A stretch of DNA of 64,000 nt from Syntrophorhabdaceae bacterium (lineage in GTDB: Bacteria; Desulfobacterota; Syntrophorhabdia; Syntrophorhabdales; Syntrophorhabdaceae). The translations under genes were made by a program, and so were the position numbers. Numbering within the stretch: position 1 is the stretch's first letter; each line of letters begins with the position of its first letter. The notes under the pieces were generated by a model that worked only from the letters and a program-made list of their open reading frames with translations, was not told where the DNA came from and ran no database searches. The stretch is from assembly GCA_963665295.1 (NCBI GenBank), contig OY762209.1, positions 2,624,001-2,688,000 of the forward strand, written 5' to 3'. Below are positions 53,690 through 63,152 of this stretch, piece after piece.

Positions 53690-54868
53690 ATGAGAACAAA
53701 AATAACTCATATCTTTTTGCAGTTTGTTCAAAACGAGAAGACAGGCGGCCTTGTGCTCGTCTTTGCGACTTTTGCCTCTATTATAATCGCGAACTCGTCG
53801 TTGGGCACTCACTACGCAAACTTCTGGCATTACAATCTTGACCTTCCACTCCCGGGGGTCACGCTGAGGCACAGTATCGCCGAATGGGTAAATGATGGGT
53901 TAATGAGCGTCTTCTTTCTCCTGGTGGGGCTGGAAATCGAGAGAGAGCTATATCACGGTGAACTGTCTGAAATAAAGAACGCCCTTCTTCCCATAGTTGG
54001 CGCTCTTGGAGGAATGATAGTTCCGGGGCTTGTACACTTTTCGCTTAATGCGGGGACCTCCATGCAATCCGGGTTCGGCATCCCCGTGGCAACGGACATC
54101 GCTTTTTCCCTGGGGGTGCTTTCATTGCTGGGCAGAAGGGTCCCCGTGTCTCTTAAAGTGGTCCTTACTGCCCTGGCCATAATCGACGATCTGGGCGCGA
54201 TACTGGTGATCGCCTTCTTCTACGTCCGACTTTTCTCTTTCCTTTCCCTCGCCTGCGCGTTGGGTATCTTTGCGGTTCTGATCGTGCTGAACCGGCTGAA
54301 GATCGACAGCTTACCTATCTATCTCATCGCCGGAGTCATAATGTGGTTCTTCATGCTTAAGTCGGGGGTCCATGCCACCATTACGGGAGTGTTACTCGCC
54401 TTCGCCATTCCGTTCCGGAGAGGAGACAGGTTTTCTCCCTCTTATAGATTGGAGCGATTTCTGGACAGGCCTACGCCCCTCTTCGTTGTTCCCATATTCG
54501 TTCTCGCTAATACCGGGATCATCCTGGCTCCCGGATGGTATGCAAGCCTGGTCGACTATAATACCCTGGGCATTTTTGCAGGGCTTGTCCTCGGGAAGCC
54601 ACTGGGGATTGTACTTTTCAGCTTGATCGCGGTAAGGGCCGGGTTGTGCAGGCTTCCCGACGACCTGAGTTGGTGGCACATGGTGGGAATGGGAATGCTG
54701 GGAGGGGTCGGATTTACCATGTCCATCTTCATTACCAACCTTGCCTTTATGAGCGCAAGAACGGTGCAGAACTCCAAAGTGGCGATTTTGACGGGTTCCG
54801 TGGTGGCGGCTGTAGCCGGCTTTCTTGTTCTGTTCGACAGAAAAAAGCCTGCGCCTTCCGAAAAGTGA
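53690..54868 (+). CDS. nhaA: NhaA Na+/H+ antiporter
   Basis: WVNDGLM, GLEIERE, ATDIAF, LAIIDDLGA, GVGFTMSIFI. Confidence 0.96.
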   Translation: MRTKITHIFLQFVQNEKTGGLVLVFATFASIIIANSSLGTHYANFWHYNLDLPLPGVTLRHSIAEWVNDGLMSVFFLLVGLEIERELYHGELSEIKNALLPIVGALGGMIVPGLVHFSLNAGTSMQSGFGIPVATDIAFSLGVLSLLGRRVPVSLKVVLTALAIIDDLGAILVIAFFYVRLFSFLSLACALGIFAVLIVLNRLKIDSLPIYLIAGVIMWFFMLKSGVHATITGVLLAFAIPFRRGDRFSPSYRLERFLDRPTPLFVVPIFVLANTGIILAPGWYASLVDYNTLGIFAGLVLGKPLGIVLFSLIAVRAGLCRLPDDLSWWHMVGMGMLGGVGFTMSIFITNLAFMSARTVQNSKVAILTGSVVAAVAGFLVLFDRKKPAPSEK

Positions 54869-54970
54869 TGAAAGGCATCCGTATAAGCCATTAGCAAAGT
54901 CAGGAGAATCCTGCTTTGGGTTTGCGAAAAACTTATGGAATCGGACGCGATAGGTGTATAATTACATTAT

Positions 54971-55645
54971 ATGAACAGGAAAGACGATTTCGGCGAACTG
55001 TGGGATGCGTTGCCCGAGGATGTGAGGGAAGAATTGCTCAAGGCCGCAGAGGAATCGACGGCCCAATCGGTGGAGGAGTTCATCTCCGAGATATTTGTGG
55101 GCGAGTGCCCCAAATGCGGCAGCAAAGCCACGAAAGACTGCGAAGAGGCGACCGGAATTGAAGATATGACCGTGGGGCTTTGTGAAAACTGCGGTTATCT
55201 CTGGTGTACCGAATGCGGACGTTCCGTGGAAAAGGGCAAAACCTGCGAACACTGGGCTGTGTGTGAAAAGTGCACCGAGGAAAAGGACGAGTACGGCGAC
55301 TGCGGTCTGGCCACGTGGGAGTGCGAGAAAGTCTCGGTCTTTGAAGAGGCGGAAAGTGATGAGCCTTTACATGAGTGCGCGTGGTGCGGGGGACAGATTG
55401 AGCGGGAGGTCGGAATATTCGCCGTAGGCGCAAAGGCGCGGAAGGGAATGAAACTGAAAGAGTATGAAGGCTCAATCCTGGAAATGGGTCTTGTCCATAG
55501 CGAGAAGACCGTGCCCGCCATAATACCGACCCAGGACTCGGAGGCCAAGAGGAGCGGAAGCGATATTATCTTCCTCGTATGCAGCAGAGAATGCGGCGAC
55601 CTCCTGAAGAAGGCGCTGAGGAAGGAGAAATTCACGTTAGTCTGA
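54971..55645 (+). CDS. Acidic Cys-rich hypothetical protein with multiple CxxC
   Basis: CPKC, CENC, CTEC, CEKC, CAWC, CSREC. Confidence 0.75.
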   Translation: MNRKDDFGELWDALPEDVREELLKAAEESTAQSVEEFISEIFVGECPKCGSKATKDCEEATGIEDMTVGLCENCGYLWCTECGRSVEKGKTCEHWAVCEKCTEEKDEYGDCGLATWECEKVSVFEEAESDEPLHECAWCGGQIEREVGIFAVGAKARKGMKLKEYEGSILEMGLVHSEKTVPAIIPTQDSEAKRSGSDIIFLVCSRECGDLLKKALRKEKFTLV

Positions 55646-55921
55646 TCCTTGTGCCGTACGCGTCTGCGTACCTCTTCGTCCGGCTTTCCGCCGCTGAGAC
55701 AAGGGGTCTTGGGACCCGGTTGCCTTAGCTCAAGATATCGTATCGATTCTGCCGGCGTCAAGCGGGCCGTTCCTGTTCCGGAAAAGGTGTTCGTGATTTG
55801 TGATGAGCGGACGGCGATGAAATGAGACCAAAAATCTCTTATCCTTGCCGGGGGCTGACGGCAAGGATCATATAAGGGCAATTACCTCCTTATCGTCGGT
55901 CGGATGGTTGCTGAAGACAGG

Positions 55922-56206
55922 TTATATCAGTTTTTGAACAAGCTCATCCACGGTAATGACCGGGAGAGTCACAATCTCAATGGTACCCCGTGAGCCAAGC
56001 TCAATGGACGCCTTTGCAATGGCCTCGTTATTCGGGGCTTCGAGAACGCTGAGGAAATCGCTGGATCCGAGCAGCGCATACTGATCCAGCACCTTTACAC
56101 CCATCTTCTCTACTTCCTCGTCCACTTCCAGGATGCGATCGGCGTGCTTCTTGACCGTCTTCCTCCCTTCATGAGTCAGCTTGACAAGCATTATATATAT
56201 GGGCAT
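55922..56206 (-). CDS. GYD-domain protein
   Basis: SD AGGAGG; YIMLVKLTHEG, QYALLGSSDF..EAPN. Confidence 0.8.
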   Translation of the reverse strand: MPIYIMLVKLTHEGRKTVKKHADRILEVDEEVEKMGVKVLDQYALLGSSDFLSVLEAPNNEAIAKASIELGSRGTIEIVTLPVITVDELVQKLI

Positions 56207-56378
56207 TGTGTGACCTCCTGTTGATAATCTTAGTTTCATTGTACCACAGGTTCCGGGGTTGTCAACTGATTCTCGTGCCTGCGAAGGGAACAGGGGACCG
56301 CTCCCCGGGAACCATACCTGTTTGCGGGAAGCGGTCCCCTGACGGGAAACACGCAATTGTGGGTTCGGGAACAGGCGC

Positions 56379-57077
56379 TCAGGAGATTGTTTTCAGTTTC
56401 CGGAAGGGCACAATAAGGCCCTTTGTCCATGACGTGATTGCGTTCCAGTTCCTGAAGTCTCCCTCCGGCACCCCTTTGGCCTGCATTTTAGATTTCATCA
56501 CCATCCGAACCACCACGTTCATTTTGCTGTAGTCGAGGGCGCCGGCGAAGAACCCGGAGTCCACGGGACGCACCTCGGGTGCGGCCTTGAGCGCGGGCTC
56601 CATATAATTTCGGGCGAGCTTTCGGGCCTCCGCGGTATCTTCGTAGAGAGCGAGGCATGTGAGGAAATAGGCTACAGGTATCCTGCTCAAGGCCTCGCGG
56701 TGCCTTTGTGCAAACTCTATGGCGTCAGGCAGCCACGTCGCCCGGTTTACCGCGCTGCCGAGCACGACGGCGGTGTACGGGCCTATATCCTCCACCTGTT
56801 TCGCAAGGCGCGTGTCAACGTCGAAGCCGGCGCCGCACAATGTCCGTCCGATAGTCTCTGCTACGCCGCCGGTGGTCCCGCAACGGCTTGCATAGACTAC
56901 AAGGACCTTTTGGCCCGCCATTTCCCCAGATTTGCAGCTTGATTCGGCAAAATCGACCCCCGCGGCATCTGCCTTCCCCACGGACAAGGTCCTGCCGCCC
57001 GGAGCGACAAGACCGGCGGCAAACCCCGCCAACACCGATCCCACCCACATAAACTCTCTTCTCGTGAAGTTTCTCAT
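56379..57077 (-). CDS. Flavodoxin-fold (HemG-like) protein with Tat signal
   Basis: TRREFM; VVYASRCGTTGGVAE; GDFRNW..I..W. Confidence 0.85.
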   Translation of the reverse strand: MRNFTRREFMWVGSVLAGFAAGLVAPGGRTLSVGKADAAGVDFAESSCKSGEMAGQKVLVVYASRCGTTGGVAETIGRTLCGAGFDVDTRLAKQVEDIGPYTAVVLGSAVNRATWLPDAIEFAQRHREALSRIPVAYFLTCLALYEDTAEARKLARNYMEPALKAAPEVRPVDSGFFAGALDYSKMNVVVRMVMKSKMQAKGVPEGDFRNWNAITSWTKGLIVPFRKLKTIS

Positions 57078-57610
57078 TGTCTTTCCTCCCTGCATACGTC
57101 CATAGCAGCCATCCGTTCCCGAATCCCGGCCACTATCTGTTGCTTCTGGTTCTTGTCGAGGGTCGAATAGAAGGCTGCAAGAAGGTCAAGGTCGTCCTGC
57201 AAGGCCCTGGAAACGCCCTCGATCTTCTTCTTCATCATAGCATTCAAAACCGCAACATCGGGCGATTCTTTTTCCAGTTCGCTGCGAAGGACCTCCCTGA
57301 ACTTCTTTCTGTCCTCTTTGCCGGCCGGCAGGTGCTCCTTCAAGTGGGAGCGTAACTCGTCGTACTTTGCCTTCTGGGCGGGAGTCAGGTTCAGCTTCCC
57401 TATCTCACGGTCCAGCCGCTTCAGTGCGAAACCGGGCATATCTCCATCGAGCCCGCGGCAGCGATGGAACCCTCCGCCGAATGGGCCGAAATGGGGGCCG
57501 CAGCGAGCCTTCCCTCCCGCTCCGAATACCTCGGTAATTCCCAGGGCCGCAAAGACCATGATAACAGCTATTGTACCGCCCACTGCCACGAAACGTCGTT
57601 GTATCTTCAT
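57074..57610 (-). CDS. Spy/CpxP-family periplasmic protein
   Basis: Signal peptide; LNLTPAQ and TLDKNQ (LTXXQ-type) motifs; divergent from a two-component pair. Confidence 0.8.
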   Translation of the reverse strand: MKIQRRFVAVGGTIAVIMVFAALGITEVFGAGGKARCGPHFGPFGGGFHRCRGLDGDMPGFALKRLDREIGKLNLTPAQKAKYDELRSHLKEHLPAGKEDRKKFREVLRSELEKESPDVAVLNAMMKKKIEGVSRALQDDLDLLAAFYSTLDKNQKQQIVAGIRERMAAMDVCREERQ

Positions 57611-57711
57611 TGCTCCCTCCCGGTTTTATTATAAAGAATGATTATGGAGCGGGTGATCCGTCACCCACGCAGAGACAGGATAACGCCGTAATGCTAAGAC
57701 AGTGTTACGGA

Positions 57712-57750
57712 TGTGAAAAAAAGTGTAAGATAAATGTAAAAGAGTGCAAA
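57712..57750 (+). promoter_or_regulatory. CpxR-like tandem boxes
   Basis: tgtgaa, tgtaag, tgtaaa, tgcaaa at 57712, 57724, 57735, 57745. Confidence 0.55.
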
Positions 57751-57764
57751 AAGGGGTGACATCT

Positions 57765-58469
57765 GTGGGGAACAGGGTTCTAATCATTGATGACGATGAG
57801 AAACTGCGCAAGCTCCTTGGAGAATATTTGAAGGACCACGGATTTAACGTCACGAGCCGGGCGGACGGCGCGAACGTACGGGGCGCTCTGTCGATGGATT
57901 CACCCGATCTGGTCATACTGGACATCATGCTGCCGGGAAAAGACGGGTTGGAAGTGCTCAAGGAGATCAGGAAGGACCATGGGTTGCCCGTTATCATGCT
58001 GACGGCCAGGGGAGACGATACGGACCGCATTGTAGGCCTTGAACTGGGTGCGGATGACTATCTGCCGAAGCCGTTCAACCCCAGGGAGCTTCTTGCCCGA
58101 ATGAAGGCGGTCCTCAGAAGGTCCGTCAATGAAAGCAGAGACGGACATGAAAGGACCTCGGGCAATATTATCGATGCTGCGGGGATCTCGCTGAATACGG
58201 CAAAACAGACCGCCGTGGTAGAGGGCAGGGAAATGGAACTATCCAGCGCGGAATTCAGGATTCTCGAAGTGCTCATGAAGAACCCGAACGCGGTAATGAG
58301 TCGCGACCAGATTATGACCCTTGCCCGGGGGCGTGATTTTACGGCCTTCGACAGAAGTATCGACGTTCACATCAGCAAGCTGAGGTCTAAAGTGGAGGTC
58401 GATCCCGGCGCGCCGAAAAGAATAAAGACCATATGGGGAGCAGGCTACATGCTGGTGGATTCCCCGTGA
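57765..58469 (+). CDS. CpxR/OmpR-family response regulator
   Basis: LIIDDDE, GLELGADDYLPKPFNPREL, FDRSIDVHISKLR. Confidence 0.93.
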   Translation: MGNRVLIIDDDEKLRKLLGEYLKDHGFNVTSRADGANVRGALSMDSPDLVILDIMLPGKDGLEVLKEIRKDHGLPVIMLTARGDDTDRIVGLELGADDYLPKPFNPRELLARMKAVLRRSVNESRDGHERTSGNIIDAAGISLNTAKQTAVVEGREMELSSAEFRILEVLMKNPNAVMSRDQIMTLARGRDFTAFDRSIDVHISKLRSKVEVDPGAPKRIKTIWGAGYMLVDSP

Positions 58470-59854
58470 AGTTCAGGTCGACGTATACAAAGATATTCCT
58501 GTCTTTTCTTGTAATGCTTCTCATCACGGAAATCCTTGTCTTCTTTCTCTTCATCATGCTTCCCGCGCGGCATTTCGCTGTCCGCTTCGAGGAATTGTTC
58601 AAATCAAAGGTTCAGTCGGTCAAAGGAATTGTGGAGGACAAGATCTTGTCCGCTCCTGATGTCGAATTGTCTCAGAATGCCCTTCTTAAGACATTCATTA
58701 CAGACTTCGGCAGGGTTTCCGGAGGGCAGGTATGGCTGACACGGCGTGACGGCAGGCCGGTGCTGAAGTCTTTTTCCGGTGAACCCCCTGATCTGTCCGA
58801 GGTCTCCGGAAAGGGCCGTCCGCGGAGGCACAGATTTTTCAGGCTCTATGCACCGAGAGATGTGGACGTGCACACGGCTATTCCCCTCACGCCTTCGGGA
58901 GAATATGCAGGAGACCTCCATATTCTCTTCAAGAGACCGGCGTCCGCTCCTCCCAGGGGCCTTTTTGCCATAGGCCTCCTCATGATAGGTACTGTTGTCG
59001 CCCTCGCCGCAATCCCCGTTTCCGGGCTCATCACCAGGCGGATCAGACAGCTCCGCATATCCGCGTCCCTGATTGCGGAAGGGGATCTCTCTCACAGGGT
59101 TGTCGTCCGGGGCAAGGATGAGATCAGCGATCTCGCCCGGACGTTCAACGATATGGCGGACAAGGTGGAAGACATGATAAAGGGCCGAAAGGAGCTTACC
59201 GCAAACATATCCCATGAACTACGAGCGCCCCTGACGAGAATTCGGATTGCGGAAGAACTACTTGGTGAGAAAGTGGCTGAGGGAGGTACGGGCGCAAAGG
59301 ATCTGGCGGGATATCTCGACGGAATCCGGGAAGACATAAATGAACTCGACGGCCTGATAGGTCGCATACTGGATTTGTCGAAACTGGACATGGGGCAATC
59401 CCCGCTCCGGCCCGAACCTCTCGATCCTTCTGATCTGATAGGAGAGTTAATGGAGAAATTTCACCCTGTCATGGAGCGAAGGGGCCTGCGCGTCGCCGTC
59501 GATCTTTCCCGTGACGGAACCTGTCTTGCAGACAAGGAGACACTGCGCCTCGCCCTCGTCAACGTTTTGGATAATGCAATCAAGTACTGTCCTGATGGAG
59601 GAGATGTTTCCGTCCATGTGGCGTGGAAGCCCGACGCCGCTGAGATACGTATCATGAACACCTCCGAGGAACTCTCCCCGGAAGACCTTTCCCGGATATT
59701 CGATCCTTTTCACCGGTCAAAGCGGTCCGGCGCCGCAGGTTCGGGATTGGGTCTTACCATCGCCAGGAAAGCCGTCGAAAGACTCGGAGGCACGGTTGAG
59801 GCGACAAACAGGGAAAGAGGATTTGAGATCATGATAACCCTGCCGCGACGGTGA
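58466..59854 (+). CDS. CpxA-like sensor histidine kinase
   Basis: 2 TM, HAMP, ISHELRAPLTR, NVLDNAIKY, GSGLGL. Confidence 0.92.
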   Translation: MKFRSTYTKIFLSFLVMLLITEILVFFLFIMLPARHFAVRFEELFKSKVQSVKGIVEDKILSAPDVELSQNALLKTFITDFGRVSGGQVWLTRRDGRPVLKSFSGEPPDLSEVSGKGRPRRHRFFRLYAPRDVDVHTAIPLTPSGEYAGDLHILFKRPASAPPRGLFAIGLLMIGTVVALAAIPVSGLITRRIRQLRISASLIAEGDLSHRVVVRGKDEISDLARTFNDMADKVEDMIKGRKELTANISHELRAPLTRIRIAEELLGEKVAEGGTGAKDLAGYLDGIREDINELDGLIGRILDLSKLDMGQSPLRPEPLDPSDLIGELMEKFHPVMERRGLRVAVDLSRDGTCLADKETLRLALVNVLDNAIKYCPDGGDVSVHVAWKPDAAEIRIMNTSEELSPEDLSRIFDPFHRSKRSGAAGSGLGLTIARKAVERLGGTVEATNRERGFEIMITLPRR

Positions 59855-60096
59855 CTTTTTCTGCCATGGCTCCCAAAATATGTGCTTTAAAAAGAATAGC
59901 CCTGTCCGGGGGTGTCGCCGCGGCGCTACGAGACCTGCCCCGTACCGGGCGTCCCCCGAAAATAACCGACGACGATAAAGCGTGGGTGCGAAGTCTTGCC
60001 TGTTCCAAACCATCCGCATGGGGGTATGTGTCGGACAGATGGTCTTATTCTCAGTTGGCCGGCCACATCCGTAAATATGCAGAGTTGATCTGCTGA
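59851..60096 (+). pseudogene. IS630-family transposase fragment (HTH region only)
   Basis: ALRDLPRTGRPPKIT...LACSKP...G....WSYSQLA; no DDE domain follows. Confidence 0.8.
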
Positions 60097-60224
60097 TTAT
60101 CTACTAATCTCGTTACCATTAGTATATCATATTATTGCTGCTAATGTGCTAATTTGGTCAGAATTAGCATTTTGATTTGCAATTACTAATTATGTGCTGG
60201 CATTTTCAGCATTAGCAGATAATC
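60095..60224. repeat. AT-rich array of TRCTAAT/ATTAGYA with 14-bp terminal inverted repeat
   Basis: gattatctactaat (60095) and attagcagataatc (60211); seven heptamer copies. Confidence 0.75.
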
Positions 60225-60930
60225 GGATTGAAAGCGACAGGCGCCGGGCAACTTCAGGATCGGCGGCTTGTTCCATCGACTCGATGGTTGCCCGGGAGTT
60301 TCCCAATACGAATTCGCGATGGAAGATTTCCACCCCCGTTCACCTCCGCGAAATGGGAAATTCAGCTTATTTCACCCCCTCTAACCGTCCTTTCCCTTCC
60401 CGTTTTGCTCCCTATTGGGAATAGGCTCGCCCGGGAAACGAACAGACTTGTTCGTGGCACCGTGGTTTAGCCTGGGCGTGCTCCTGACGTTAAATAAGTG
60501 ACTGCGAAATTGTTCTGTTTTCACTCCGGAAAATGTGGTAGACAAAGAGACAGTCGAAAAGGGCTTGGAGGAAAAATGGCGAGAATCCAAGTGCGTTGGA
60601 GGAACGGAAAGCCCTTTGCGACTGGGCGCGGAAATTCAGGGAGCCGGCCGGGTGAGGGATGACGGCTGCAGAGTCGTCCTGTGCAGGGGCGGCAAGGAGT
60701 GCATGGACGGACGGTGAGGTATGACGCGGATACGTAGATGATCTGAATGGGGTGCGCCGGGCGGCGCACGGAAACCAGCCCCGGCACTCCGGATCAGGGA
60801 GCGGGTCTCGCCTGAAAGAACGTAGGTTCCCGAGGGCTCCTCCCTTTGCGCCGGTGTGTGAGGGCGCAATATGGAACGGCGGACGCGTTGAAGCGTCGGA
60901 GCCGCTTCAGAAAAAGGAGGAAGAGCGGGA

Positions 60931-61383
60931 ATGGACCGTTTTGAGCCTGAGATTATTGCCTTTTGTTGTGAATATTGCAGTTATGCGGCTGCCGATCTGG
61001 CCGGTTCGATGAGAATTTCCTATCCCACCAATGTGAAGATCGTAAGGGTTCCCTGCACGGGGAGGTTTGACATCATCCACGCCCTCAAGGCCTTCGAATC
61101 AGGCGCTGACGGCGTCTTCGCCTTCGGATGCCTTGAGGGGAACTGCCATTTTGAGGTGGGGAACCTGAGGGCCCGGAAACGGATGGAACACCTGCGCGCG
61201 CTCCTCGAAGAGTGCGGCATCGGCGGGGAGCGGGTAGGTATGTACAACATGTCATCTGCCATGGGTCTCAGATTTGCGGAGACGGCCCGGGAAGTGACGG
61301 AAAGGATACGGGCCCTGGGCCCCAATCCGGGGCGAACCCATGAGAGAAGCGGGGGCGACGCGCAGCAAGGGGAAGACCATTGA
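60931..61383 (+). CDS. mvhD: Hydrogenase iron-sulfur subunit MvhD/FlpD
   Basis: IIAFCCEYCSYAAADLAG, RVPCTGR, GADGV..GC..GNCHF..GN. Confidence 0.92.
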   Translation: MDRFEPEIIAFCCEYCSYAAADLAGSMRISYPTNVKIVRVPCTGRFDIIHALKAFESGADGVFAFGCLEGNCHFEVGNLRARKRMEHLRALLEECGIGGERVGMYNMSSAMGLRFAETAREVTERIRALGPNPGRTHERSGGDAQQGEDH

Positions 61384-61923
61384 CAACACAGCGGACATCG
61401 AGATTACTGTTGAAGAGGCGAAAGACCTCCTTTCCCGTGAGCCCCGCACCATCCTTATCGATATCAGGTCGAACAGGGAGACGTGCCTGGGCTACCTCAA
61501 AGGGGCCTGCTTTGTTGTCCCGGGCCTCATAGGGGAAGAACGGAGCAGGCTGAGCCCCGACCCCTCAACTCCCGTCGTCGTCTATTGCTCTGTCGGCGAC
61601 CGTTCCATCCCCGTGACCTGAAGCTGAGAGAAATGGGCTTTATGAACTCGCACTCTCTCAAAGGGGGCTATGATGCCTGGCTCCCGGGAGGGGGCGAAAT
61701 CGTCTCCGAAGGGCAGCTCTCCGTTGCCCGGCTTAACCGGTACAGCAGGGATATGCTGGTCGGGGAGATAGGGAAGGAAGGGCAGGGCTGGCTCCTCCAG
61801 GCAAAGGTGTTCGTTGTGGGCGCCGGGGGCTCGCCTCCTCCGCGCTCCTTTACCTCACCGCCGCCCCTGGGTATCGTCAATTACGACCGGGTGGACCTCT
61901 CGAATCTCAACGAGAAAGCATAA
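61340..61923 (+). pseudogene. moeB: Frameshifted, truncated rhodanese-MoeB/ThiF fusion
   Basis: Rhodanese VVYCSVGDRS shifts frame near 61619 into SLKGGYDAW...RYSRDMLVGEIGKEGQ...VVGAGG; shifts again near 61830 (LASSALLYL); ends after DRVDLSNL. Confidence 0.8.
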
Positions 61924-62020
61924 CTCACCAATATAACATCATCTCCCGCTACAGGGCGGCAGGCCGAAAGGGCTGCGTTCCGGCCCTTTCACCTTCCTCG
62001 AAAAGAAAACAAGCTTGTGC

Positions 62021-62050
62021 TTGACACTTTGAGAGTCGCTATGGTATACC
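62021..62050 (+). promoter_or_regulatory. Sigma-70 promoter candidate
   Basis: TTGACA at 62021 and tggTATACC at about 62042-62050. Confidence 0.55.
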
Positions 62051-62624
62051 GTATTCAGTAATACGATGAAACCAGGAAAAACGATAAGGAGAGGTATGGA
62101 AAACGTGCAGAGAAGAACGGGTATTTCCAACTCATCTGTCTGAGGGTGTTTCGAGGCGCCCGTGAGGCGTCCCTTGGCAACAAGAACCGCGATTTCCTCG
62201 CCCTAATCCCATCATCCGCTTCCCGGGAGCCCGGCGCGAGCCTTTCGCGGCCGGGTTTTTTGCATACGGGAGGTGCATATCTCAGTATTATCTCCACACT
62301 TCAGGACCTGTGGCTTTTTCCGTCAGTCCATGGCGCACACCCCGGCCACGGGCAGAGACCCCCCTTTTTCTTTTCTACGGCGTGTGCGGGGCGCAGGAGA
62401 TCATGACAGGGTACAGCGCCCTGCCCTCCCGGAAGAGAGGTGGCCCGTCCGGGGGATGATGCGCCCCGGTCCCGGCTTCTTCATTGCGGCGGGAACGGTG
62501 AGGGGCAGCGCGCAGTGGAAGTCTGATATAGCGATAAAGTTGGCGTAATGAAGGTATCTCCCTTTCATCTACAGCGCCGTGGGACCTCGGGAAGGAGAGA
62601 CCGCACAAAGATGAGGAGGAAAGT

Positions 62625-63101
62625 ATGAAGAACGAGATCATGTTCACTTTGAACGGTGAGCCGGTGGATGTGGAGGTGGACCCCGAGTGGACTCTCCTTA
62701 GCGTGTTGAGAGAGGTTCTTGGGCTGACCGGGGCCAAGGAGGGCTGCGGGTATGGAGAGTGCGGCGCGTGTACGGTGATCGTGGACGGACTGGCGGTTAA
62801 CTCCTGCCTCTATCCGATCATGGAAGCGGAGGGAAGGTCAATCGAGACCATAGAGGGCGTGGCGAACCCCGACGGAACTCTCCATCCCCTCCAGCAGGCG
62901 TTTATCGAGAACAACGGCGTGCAGTGCGGGTATTGCACGAGCGGCATGATCATGTCTGCCAAGGCGTTGCTCGACACAAAGCCGAACCCCACGGAAAAGG
63001 AGATACGGGCGTGCATCGAGGGTAACCTGTGCCGGTGCACCGGGTATGTCCAGATCGTTGAATCGATTCAGCAGGCGGTAAAGGCGAAAGGACGCCCCTA
63101 G
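62625..63101 (+). CDS. (2Fe-2S)-binding subunit, xanthine dehydrogenase/CoxS family
   Basis: GCGYGECGACTV, QCGYCTSG, GNLCRCTGY. Confidence 0.94.
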   Translation: MKNEIMFTLNGEPVDVEVDPEWTLLSVLREVLGLTGAKEGCGYGECGACTVIVDGLAVNSCLYPIMEAEGRSIETIEGVANPDGTLHPLQQAFIENNGVQCGYCTSGMIMSAKALLDTKPNPTEKEIRACIEGNLCRCTGYVQIVESIQQAVKAKGRP

Positions 63102-63152
63102 ACTGCCGTCGAAAGACCGCGCTCGCAGACACGCGCATAATCAGGAGGAACA

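Noticed and set aside
61619..61621. Selenocysteine TGA in the rhodanese ORF
   Set aside because: Homology continues in a different frame and another TGA follows two codons later, so this is a frameshift.
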